64,000 nt of DNA. Origin: a virus. The DNA is taken from IMG/VR virus record IMGVR_UViG_3300027763_000034, positions 1 through 64,000 of that record. One strand, 5' to 3'. The translations under genes were made by a program, and so were the position numbers. Of this stretch, positions 39,158 through 47,096 are shown in pieces (the first letter of the stretch is position 1; each line of letters starts with the position of its first letter). The notes under the pieces were generated by a model. That model worked only from the letters and a program-made list of their open reading frames with translations, was not told the origin of the DNA and ran no database searches.

Positions 39158-39836
39158 ATTCGTATACCTCCATGTCCAATAAATTAATTTCTTCTATTCT
39201 ATTTATATGTCTTTTATCAAATTTAATTCCTATATCATAAGAGGAATTTGCTTTGTCGGAATGTTTAAATGTTGAAAATCCAAATTGTTTTAATAAGCTT
39301 TTATTTAAATCTATTTTAAATAAATCTAGTTCTTCTAGCGTATAAGCTTTCATTTTTTCAAGACTTGAAATTACATTTTTTATATCTAATTTATATCCTT
39401 CTAAATACCAACCGCTGCTAACTGTATTTTGAAATTGTAATATATCCTGATTAAATTTTTCTATATTTAATTTACCAGTTAAAAATTTTGACTGCAGGTT
39501 GGATTGCATTTCGCATTCTTCCCCATAAAGCCATCTATCTAATTTTTCTTCAGCTTCTTTTCCCGCTCTTATTGGTCCTGTTGTATATTTAAAATAGCTT
39601 ATAAATCTTTCTACTGGGTCTCTAACTATTGTAAAAATTTCTGGACTGTCCATATAATCTAAAGGCATTAAGCCAAAATGACCACCAACAAACCTACTTT
39701 TTTTTATTTTTTCTACATCTATTTTATTCCTATTGGATATACAATGCTCTACCCCATTTGATATCAAATGGGGTATTACATTATTCTTTATGTATATACC
39801 AGATGTTCTTGGAATATGCAGATGGTATATTGACAC
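39129..39836 (-). CDS. sulfotransferase family protein
   Basis: 5'-PSB motif HLHIPRTSG, 3'-PB motif RDPVERFISYF, C-terminal N.LD..VY. Confidence 0.8.
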   Translation of the reverse strand: MSIYHLHIPRTSGIYIKNNVIPHLISNGVEHCISNRNKIDVEKIKKSRFVGGHFGLMPLDYMDSPEIFTIVRDPVERFISYFKYTTGPIRAGKEAEEKLDRWLYGEECEMQSNLQSKFLTGKLNIEKFNQDILQFQNTVSSGWYLEGYKLDIKNVISSLEKMKAYTLEELDLFKIDLNKSLLKQFGFSTFKHSDKANSSYDIGIKFDKRHINRIEEINLLDMEVYEYVQKIKKEY

Positions 39837-41128
39837 TAAAAAGCTTTACGGTTGTGTACTACTAGATCTCCCGCAATTAAAATATCATTTGGAGAAGCAT
39901 CAAATTCATAAACGGTTCTTTCTTCATTTATAATTTTTGTTGATTCTACTACTACCTCTTCAAAAATATTTTCATTATTTTTTACAAATATTGAATCTCC
40001 TGGTTCAAGAATTCCTGTTGTGCTAAAGAAATATGTGTCATTTTTCTTTGCAAGAATTGTTTGTTCTAGTGAGAATCTCTTAGAAGAGTCATCATTAATA
40101 ATCATAGTTGCATCTTTTATAGAAGGCTTTACGGCTCTAATTTCAGTTTTTACTAGATGTATATTATTAATTGAATCTGTAGACCATGTATAAGGATCGA
40201 TTTCAAATTCATCAAGCAATCCATCCCATGTTGCTGACCATACTTGGTCACCTACTTGAATTTCTTTTGCTTTTTTAAATTCTACTGTGTCATTTGGACC
40301 CACTGTCATTACAAGAGTGTCTTGATCAATGCAATAGAACCCTGGTGGGGCAAAGAACCCTGGTGGGGCAAAGAACCCTGGTGGGGCAAAGAACCCTGGT
40401 GGGGCAAAGAACCCTGGTGGGGCAAAGAATGATGGTGGTGCGAAGAACCCTGGTGGGGCAAAGAACCCTGGTGGGGCGAAGAATGATGGTGGTGCGAAGA
40501 ACCCTGGTGGGGCAAAGAAGCTTGGCGGGAAGAACGGTGCCAATGTTGTAACAGAATTTGATGATGCTGAATATGAAGAGTCTCCGTTACCATTTGTAGC
40601 AAGTACTTGATATGACTGTGCAGTGTTTGCTGTTTCTGGTACAGTGTGGCTTACTCCAGCTATTGAATATATTGGGCCATCGCTTGACTTAAGCTTGTAT
40701 CCAGTTATTGCTTTTCCTCCATCAGCTGGTGCAGACCAGGTAACATAGTCTTGGTTAATCTGTGCTGTAGCTGTTGGTGCTCCTGGGGTAGAAGGAACGG
40801 TTGTTGCGGTAACTGAGGCTGAAGCGGTTGATGGCTCGGAATCTCCAAATGTATTTTTTGCAACAACTGTATAGGTGTAAGGTGTATTAGAAAGAAGACC
40901 AGTGACTGTAATAGGAGAAGAAGTTCCTGTTCCAGTTCGACCTCCTGGGCTAGCTGTTACAACATACTCTGTTGCTGCGTATGGCCCATCTGGTGTAAAC
41001 GATACTGTTGCTGCTCCATCATTAAATGGACGGTTGGTTCCAACATCTGTTGCGCTTACATTGATTGGCTTAAATGGCATCAGGAAGTCATTCGAGCCCT
41101 GGCTCATTCTACCTACTTGTTTTGACAT
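39836..41128 (-). CDS. FN3-FN3-(FFAPP[G/S])10-Hint domain protein
   Basis: Two FN3 domains (TGLLSNTPYTYTVVAKN.FGDS; WSAPADGG.AITGY), a Pro/Phe repeat, and a Hint/intein-like domain from C(40333) to VVHN(39851) followed by RKAF. Confidence 0.85.
   Translation of the reverse strand: MSKQVGRMSQGSNDFLMPFKPINVSATDVGTNRPFNDGAATVSFTPDGPYAATEYVVTASPGGRTGTGTSSPITVTGLLSNTPYTYTVVAKNTFGDSEPSTASASVTATTVPSTPGAPTATAQINQDYVTWSAPADGGKAITGYKLKSSDGPIYSIAGVSHTVPETANTAQSYQVLATNGNGDSSYSASSNSVTTLAPFFPPSFFAPPGFFAPPSFFAPPGFFAPPGFFAPPSFFAPPGFFAPPGFFAPPGFFAPPGFFAPPGFYCIDQDTLVMTVGPNDTVEFKKAKEIQVGDQVWSATWDGLLDEFEIDPYTWSTDSINNIHLVKTEIRAVKPSIKDATMIINDDSSKRFSLEQTILAKKNDTYFFSTTGILEPGDSIFVKNNENIFEEVVVESTKIINEERTVYEFDASPNDILIAGDLVVHNRKAF
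40337..40516 (-). repeat. 10 tandem 18-bp coding repeats (FFAPPG/FFAPPS)
   Basis: + strand units GAACCCTGGTGGGGC(A/G)AA x8 and GAATGATGGTGGTGCGAA x2, with no spacers. Confidence 0.95.
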
Positions 41129-41151
41129 GGTTATTCTCCTTTAATTTTTGA

Positions 41152-43785
41152 TTAAGCTGTTAGGTCTCCGAAGATTAACCATCCAGTTGAAATTTTTAGT
41201 GCAGTTACAACTGAATTGTTAGCTCTGAATTTGCGTCCTGGTGTTCCAATTACTCCATTTGTATCTGCAAACGAAGCTCCTGTTCCAGTTTTTTGCCAGA
41301 AGTCAATTGATTGACCAGTTGAATATCCTGTTGCAGGAAGTGTTACAACAACTGCTCCTGATAGTGGAATAAACTTATCTTGTTCTCCAGCTCCAAGTGT
41401 TACAGAAGAAACAACTTCTGTTGCAATTGTTGTGATAGATGGTACACCTGCCCGTGCCTGTGTGCCATCAGAGAATACGATTCCTGCTGCTGGTAGAGTT
41501 ACTGTTCCAGTAAATGTTGGAGAAGCAAGTGGGGCAAATCCTGCAATGCTTGCTCCTGCTGGTATTGTAACTGTTCCTGTGAATGTTGGGGAAGCAATAG
41601 GTGACTTTGTTGCAATTGAGTTTGTAACTGTTGTTGAGAATGATGCGTCATTTCCAAGTGCAGATGCTAACTCGTTAAGAGTATCAAGTGCTGCTGGTGA
41701 TGCTGCTACTAGATTTGAAACAGCTGTTCCTACGAATGCTGTAGTTGCAACCTGTGTAGTATTTGTACCAGCTGCTGCTGTTGGTGCAGTTGGTGTACCA
41801 GTAAGTGCTGGTGAAGCAAGCGGCGCCCGTAGGGCAATTGATGCAGCTTGTGCTGTTGAAACTGGCTTATCTGCATCTGCAGTGTTATCAACAGATCCAA
41901 GTCCTACCATTGTCTTTGTAATTCCAGACACAGTACCTGTAAATGTTGGTGAAGCAAGATTTGCTTTAAGCGCTAATCCTGAATTAACAGTTGCAGTTAA
42001 TGCAAGTGCTGAGGTGTCTGCAATTCCATGAATATTTGTTGTATCTGCTTCGTGTGATGCAAGTGATGCAGATGAAGCTTTTGTATTTACAGATGTTTGT
42101 AATGTTGCTGCAGCAGTATTTATTGCTGTAACATCTGACTGCAATCCTGTAATTGCATTTTCTGCTGTATTCAAGTCTGTTGTCAGAGTTGAAGTATCGG
42201 TAAACAATGTTGCTATTGATGAGTCGTAGCTTGTAACCTTTGCAGCTAATGCATTTGATACAGTATTAATCTGGTACTGTATTCCAGAAGTAACTCCATT
42301 TACATATCCAAGCTCTGTTGCGCTTACATCACCAATTGTGGTGTCTGTTGGAAGGACAACTGATCCTGTGAATGTTGGAGAAATCTTTGGTGCTTTTCCT
42401 GCAAGATCGCCAGTCAAATTTGCAATCTTTGATTGTGCAATTTCTGCATAATCATTAACGTCTGCGTTGACTATTGTGCCATCTAAAATCATTCCAGCTG
42501 TTACTGTTCCAGATGGAAGAGTTACTGTACCTGTGAATGTCGGTGATGCTTTTGGAGCATATGTTCCTTCTGCTACAGTTGTAGAAAGCTTTGCATCAAT
42601 TTGAGACTGGATACCGCTTGTTACACCTGCTAAACGCTGTATTTCTGCATTTACTACAGAACCAACTCTTAATGAATCTGCGACGAGGCCGCCAACTTCA
42701 AGTGAGTCTTTTGTGTATGTTGTAAAGTCAACAACTGTTGTAGGCTCTGCTGTTACGCCAGAGAATAGTTTCCATACGCCATCTGAGGCATCTCTTACAA
42801 GGCCTGAGTGCTGGTATGTACCGTTATTGAATGCTCCAACTACACCAAGATCAAGAACGTTTGACTGGTTGTTTTCACCAATATAAATCATTGGATCATC
42901 AATTGTAACGTTAGTTGAATTTACAGAAGTTGTTGTTCCATTAACTGTTAGGTTTCCTGAAACTGTAAGCGCTCCAAGAGTTGCTGTGTCTGCCTGTACT
43001 TGATCTACTTGAACAAGAGGTCCAGTAAATTTAGTTGTTGCTGTGATTGTTGGGGACAATGAAAGTATGATGTCTAGGTTATCTGTTGCATCTGTCTTTA
43101 CTATTCCACCTTGTGCTCTAATTGCTGCAGAAACAACTTCTTTGCTTGTTGCGTTATCCCATGTTGAGCTAACTCCTCGTCCAGAAGTAACTGTTGAATC
43201 AATTAATGATGTAACTGTATTTGTAATATCTAGCTCTGAAGCTGGAATTTTACCTGAGTTATTTAATGAAGCAACTCCGCCAGCATTTCCTCTGTCTGCT
43301 AAAGGAATGTAGTCTAGGTCTACTGTATTTCCAAGTGCTGATACAGCTGAATCTACGTAGCCTTTGTTTGCTATGATTGATGTGTCAACAGAAACTGTTA
43401 GCTGGTTTGTTCCGTCATTGTATGACTTAGAAATACCATTTCCTGCTACAAGAGCTGTATTAACTGCATCCTGTGCCATTTCTGTAAAATATGAATCTGC
43501 TACTGCTATTGTAATAGTATTTGCGCCATCGTTGTATGTCTTTGTGAGACCATCTCCTACAACAAGGGCAGCGTTAATTGCATCTTGGGAAATTTCACCA
43601 ATTGCTACGTCTGAATTATTTGCATATGCAAGGGCAGTCCATGTAGAAGATCCGTTACCGAATTTAAATAGGTTTGTGTCTGACTCGACACCCATTTCTC
43701 CTGCTGCCAAAATTGGATTTACTGAGGTCCACTGTGAAGCGGTTCCTCTTCTTACTTGAATTCTTACTGTTGACATATTTGCCAC
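41152..43785 (-). CDS. long fibre protein with Mtd-N/hyaluronidase-type N-terminal domain
   Basis: IQVRRGTASQWTSVNPILAAGEMGVESDT..FKFGNG..W..L.Y; AP.ASPTFTG repeats; APAALDTLNELA motif. Confidence 0.8.
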   Translation of the reverse strand: MANMSTVRIQVRRGTASQWTSVNPILAAGEMGVESDTNLFKFGNGSSTWTALAYANNSDVAIGEISQDAINAALVVGDGLTKTYNDGANTITIAVADSYFTEMAQDAVNTALVAGNGISKSYNDGTNQLTVSVDTSIIANKGYVDSAVSALGNTVDLDYIPLADRGNAGGVASLNNSGKIPASELDITNTVTSLIDSTVTSGRGVSSTWDNATSKEVVSAAIRAQGGIVKTDATDNLDIILSLSPTITATTKFTGPLVQVDQVQADTATLGALTVSGNLTVNGTTTSVNSTNVTIDDPMIYIGENNQSNVLDLGVVGAFNNGTYQHSGLVRDASDGVWKLFSGVTAEPTTVVDFTTYTKDSLEVGGLVADSLRVGSVVNAEIQRLAGVTSGIQSQIDAKLSTTVAEGTYAPKASPTFTGTVTLPSGTVTAGMILDGTIVNADVNDYAEIAQSKIANLTGDLAGKAPKISPTFTGSVVLPTDTTIGDVSATELGYVNGVTSGIQYQINTVSNALAAKVTSYDSSIATLFTDTSTLTTDLNTAENAITGLQSDVTAINTAAATLQTSVNTKASSASLASHEADTTNIHGIADTSALALTATVNSGLALKANLASPTFTGTVSGITKTMVGLGSVDNTADADKPVSTAQAASIALRAPLASPALTGTPTAPTAAAGTNTTQVATTAFVGTAVSNLVAASPAALDTLNELASALGNDASFSTTVTNSIATKSPIASPTFTGTVTIPAGASIAGFAPLASPTFTGTVTLPAAGIVFSDGTQARAGVPSITTIATEVVSSVTLGAGEQDKFIPLSGAVVVTLPATGYSTGQSIDFWQKTGTGASFADTNGVIGTPGRKFRANNSVVTALKISTGWLIFGDLTA

Positions 43786-43837
43786 CCCTTATTTAGACTT
43801 ATTTGGTAATTATAGCATTACAATAATTCCAAAACAA

Positions 43838-44209
43838 TTAGCTAATTGTTCCAGAATCAAAGGTCATGCTGTATGTATCTGTGGAATGATTTCCACCATC
43901 CGCAAATTTTGTAGCTGTAGTATTTACTCCATTTGCAAAAACTGTATATACTGGCTGGCCGTCATAATCTATTGCCAGTCCTATATCCATAAATGTTAAA
44001 GCTCCTAGATCTTCTGCCGCATCTGTAAGGAGGGCAATTTCCTTCCAAGCACCATTAATCTGGATCTTTAATCTTCCAGTTGATGAGTCGAAGGCAAGGG
44101 GGGTTGAATTTAAGACTAAGTTGTCTACATTTACTGCTGCATCAAATGTTGCAGGTCCTGCTACGTTAAGGCCATTTTTAACCTTGAAGTTTTTATTTAC
44201 TATTGCCAT
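43838..44209 (-). CDS. virion fibre-associated protein
   Basis: Starts MAIVNKNFKVKNGL, nearly identical to the N-terminus of the upstream gene. Confidence 0.6.
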   Translation of the reverse strand: MAIVNKNFKVKNGLNVAGPATFDAAVNVDNLVLNSTPLAFDSSTGRLKIQINGAWKEIALLTDAAEDLGALTFMDIGLAIDYDGQPVYTVFANGVNTTATKFADGGNHSTDTYSMTFDSGTIS

Positions 44210-44273
44210 TTAAGTTCACATATCCCCTAATTGTTTTGGTGGGGTTTTGGAAGGACCCCATACCTTTTATTAA

Positions 44274-45815
44274 TTATTTAATTAGTGTTGCATAAACCAT
44301 TACATCTGTTGATGCGTAGGTTGTTGTTACTGATATTGAAACGCTACCTGAAGCATATGCTGCTGATACTGTTCCTAGGTCGGTTCCAGTTGTAATTGAA
44401 CCAAATTCTGTTATTGCTACGTTATTGCTTGTATCAAGTGTTAGGAGAACTTCAGAAACCTGAGTGTTTACTCCATTCTTAAACTTAACAAGTGCCTTTG
44501 CTGTACGGTAGTCAGATCCTGACCATGTTAGAGCATTTACAGTTCCAGCTGAAGAAACTGTTGTGGTTGCTGCCCGTACTGCTGCCACATCATTTACATT
44601 AACTACTGTAAATGGTGTTGTACCATTCTTTACGGCTGTAAGAGCGCTAGCTGCTGTGGCTTCCGCTGAAGCCTGTGCTGCAGACTGTGCAGTTGCAATT
44701 GCTGAGTTACGATCTGTAACTTCACCTGAAATTGCTGTTGAAATTGCTGAATTACGAGCTGTAGCTTCTGCTGCAACTTTAGCTGTAGCGTCTGCTGCTG
44801 CTGTGGCTTCTGCTGCTGCTTTGGCAGCGTTGGCTTTTGTAGTTGCATCTGTTGCTGCTGCAGCTTGTGCTGCGTTAGCCTTTGAAGTAGCATCTGTTGC
44901 TGCAGTTGTGACTGCTGAAGCAATATCTGTTGCAACCTGTGTAGAGTTAGCTTTTGTTGCTAATGCTGTTGTAATAGTAGTTGTGTAATTAGCATCATCA
45001 TTAATTGCTGCTGCTAATTCATTTAGAGTATCAAGTAAAGCTGGTGCTCCGTCTACTACTGCTGAAACTGCTGTTGAAATTGCTGTGTTACGATTTGAAA
45101 CTTCTGTTGAGATTGCTGCGGTAAGTGCTGCTGCTGCTGTAGCCTCTGCTGCTGACCGTGCTGCGTTAGCTTTTGTAGTTGCATCTGTTGCTGCTGCAGA
45201 TATTGCTGCAGACTGTGCTGCGTTAGCCTTAGATGTAGCGTCTGTTGCTGCTGCAGACTGCGCTGCGTTAGCCTTTGAAGTAGCATCAGCGGCTGCTGTA
45301 GCTTCTGCTGCAGTCTTTGCTGTTGCAATTGCAGTATTTCTATCAGCAACTTCTGTTGCAATTGCTGATGCAATTGCTGAGTTACGTGCTGTGGCTTCTG
45401 CTGCTACTTTAGCTGTGGCATCTGTTGCTGCATTTGCCTGTGCGCTTGATGCTGCACCTGCTGCATCGTATGCTGCTGCTGTTGCAGCTAATGCACGAGC
45501 ATTTGTGAAATATAGATTTGATCCTTCTGCAAGATCTCCAGTATCATGGTTTGAAAGACTTGAAACTGTTCCTGTTACGTTACCAGTTAAGTTACCAACA
45601 ATGTTTGCTGTAATTGTGCCTGCTGCAAAGTTTCCTGAGCCGTCACGCTTTACTACAGTATTAGGAGTGTTGGCTGTATCTGCTGATCCGCCGACTGTGC
45701 TGATGATAAAGGCTGTTGATGCCTCTGTTAATACGTTATATCCGTTTACCGTTGCGACGGAACCGTCGACGATAAGACCATTTTTTACTCTAAAGTTTTT
45801 ATTTACTATTGCCAT
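44274..45815 (-). CDS. Ala-rich coiled-coil fibre protein
   Basis: Repeats of AATDAT(S/T)KANAAQ and ATE...RNSAI; EGSNLYFT; GAPALLDTLNELAAA. Confidence 0.75.
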   Translation of the reverse strand: MAIVNKNFRVKNGLIVDGSVATVNGYNVLTEASTAFIISTVGGSADTANTPNTVVKRDGSGNFAAGTITANIVGNLTGNVTGTVSSLSNHDTGDLAEGSNLYFTNARALAATAAAYDAAGAASSAQANAATDATAKVAAEATARNSAIASAIATEVADRNTAIATAKTAAEATAAADATSKANAAQSAAATDATSKANAAQSAAISAAATDATTKANAARSAAEATAAAALTAAISTEVSNRNTAISTAVSAVVDGAPALLDTLNELAAAINDDANYTTTITTALATKANSTQVATDIASAVTTAATDATSKANAAQAAAATDATTKANAAKAAAEATAAADATAKVAAEATARNSAISTAISGEVTDRNSAIATAQSAAQASAEATAASALTAVKNGTTPFTVVNVNDVAAVRAATTTVSSAGTVNALTWSGSDYRTAKALVKFKNGVNTQVSEVLLTLDTSNNVAITEFGSITTGTDLGTVSAAYASGSVSISVTTTYASTDVMVYATLIK

Positions 45816-45838
45816 AATTTATGACTCCTCTTACTGCT

Positions 45839-46393
45839 TTATTTTAACGCTGTTCTGAAATACCTTACAGTTACTTCGCCTGATACTGGTGTGACTGTTA
45901 AACTAATTATACCATTCGCAGATTCAAAAGCTGTCGTTGCAATTGATGAATTAGCGTTTGTTACAATGTTAGACTCTGATACATATATGTCAGAAGATCC
46001 TCTTAATGCGGTTATGTTGGAAAAATATGATTCTCCAGTGGATGCCTTTACAATTTGTAGAGCATATGATGCCGTACGATAATCTGCTGAGGCATATGAG
46101 TCTATAGTCGTCTTGTTTTGAATTCCTGCGATTGTTAGATCGTTATTTCCTTCTAGGCCCATCAAGGTTTCGATGCTTGCCGATGTATTAGCAAGTGTTG
46201 CCACTGAAGTTGATAGCGAATTGATTTTATATGTCAACGAGCCTGAATCTGTGGAGTTTGTTACACCAACCACATTTTCTAATGCTTCAATTGCGTCATT
46301 TGCGTTAGCATGTTGTGCTGCATGTCCAGATAATTCATCCGTAGATGCTGGATTTGTGAGATTGTCTTTGCTTACTGGAAAGTTACTTGCCAC
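45839..46393 (-). CDS. virion structural protein
   Basis: HA.QHANANDAIEALE..VG; its C-terminal DYRTA.Y..QI domain resembles the C-terminus of 44274-45815. Confidence 0.65.
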   Translation of the reverse strand: MASNFPVSKDNLTNPASTDELSGHAAQHANANDAIEALENVVGVTNSTDSGSLTYKINSLSTSVATLANTSASIETLMGLEGNNDLTIAGIQNKTTIDSYASADYRTASYALQIVKASTGESYFSNITALRGSSDIYVSESNIVTNANSSIATTAFESANGIISLTVTPVSGEVTVRYFRTALK

Positions 46394-46456
46394 TATGTCC
46401 TCCTGGCGGTATTGCCTTAGATAATTATACCGTATGTTTTTTATTCAAATAAAGAA

Positions 46457-46687
46457 TTACCATTTTTTAAGTGGGCACTCAGCTCTTAAAAGTTTTGTTT
46501 TTAATGGCATAAAACATCCGCATTGTTTACACTGTTTTGTTAAATCTATTAGTTCTGGGCAGGCCTTGCAAATGTCATATCTTCTTTCAGATTCTGATTC
46601 CTCGGCATATTCGGTATTAGGATTTAATAGATCCCAAGGCCTTGTTTCCCCTAATTTTTCTTTGTACTGCTGCCATCTACTTGTCAT
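46457..46687 (-). CDS. small Cys-rich metal-binding protein (DUF6171-like)
   Basis: R..IC..CP......QC..CGCFM..KT.L....CP..KW. Confidence 0.75.
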   Translation of the reverse strand: MTSRWQQYKEKLGETRPWDLLNPNTEYAEESESERRYDICKACPELIDLTKQCKQCGCFMPLKTKLLRAECPLKKW

Positions 46688-47058
46688 TCATAAACTCCTG
46701 GAATTATGAATTGACCTCCTTGATATAGCCAGCCAGGTTCTGCTCTGTCTGCATGCCTCTGGACATCTAAAGTTACATGTACAATAATTGGGTCTGAAAC
46801 CATAATTGAATATGTTTTTTCATTTGCCATTACAGTTTCACCATCCATATGAAATTCAAATACTTCTGGATCTACTTCTCCAATATCGGTTATAGAAGAT
46901 AAATTTAAAAATTTTTCTGCTAGATCTGGTCTAACTCCAATAAAATCAACAATTGCTCCGTCTATAATTAAAGCTAGCTGTTTAGCTGTATTGCCAGATG
47001 CAATTTGTCTAGACTTTACTCCTTCAAGAAACCAGTCTTCTTCATTTAAATTAATCAT
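46684..47058 (-). CDS. hypothetical protein
   Basis: 124-aa ORF (LALIIDG.IV...SDP.I...GWLY.GGQF) with leaderless start. Confidence 0.6.
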   Translation of the reverse strand: MINLNEEDWFLEGVKSRQIASGNTAKQLALIIDGAIVDFIGVRPDLAEKFLNLSSITDIGEVDPEVFEFHMDGETVMANEKTYSIMVSDPIIVHVTLDVQRHADRAEPGWLYQGGQFIIPGVYE

Positions 47059-47096
47059 AGTTTATTATACCTTTCAATACAGATGGTGTCAATATG

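Noticed and set aside
39851-40333. Mobile (homing) intein
   Set aside because: No endonuclease, no +1 nucleophile, only a 4-aa C-extein, and not inserted in a conserved enzyme; treated as a BIL-like domain.
40337-40534. CRISPR-like array
   Set aside because: Units are directly tandem with no unique spacers, are 18 bp long and in frame in a CDS; no cas genes.
40244-40602. Alternative-frame repeat ORFs (EPWWGK, RTLVGQ, LPHQGS)
   Set aside because: By-products of the 18-bp repeat; only the FFAPPG frame joins recognisable FN3 and Hint domains.
44234-44268. Hairpin between fibre genes as a terminator
   Set aside because: No U-tract on the coding (minus) strand; may be a stabilising or processing hairpin, so not called.
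45085-45858. Long + strand ORFs (also 28039-28686, 41432-42031, 44563-44988, 54852-55445) and Gln-rich alternate-frame ORFs
   Set aside because: Antisense or frame shadows of Ala/Thr-rich, codon-biased real genes; no SD or recognisable motifs.
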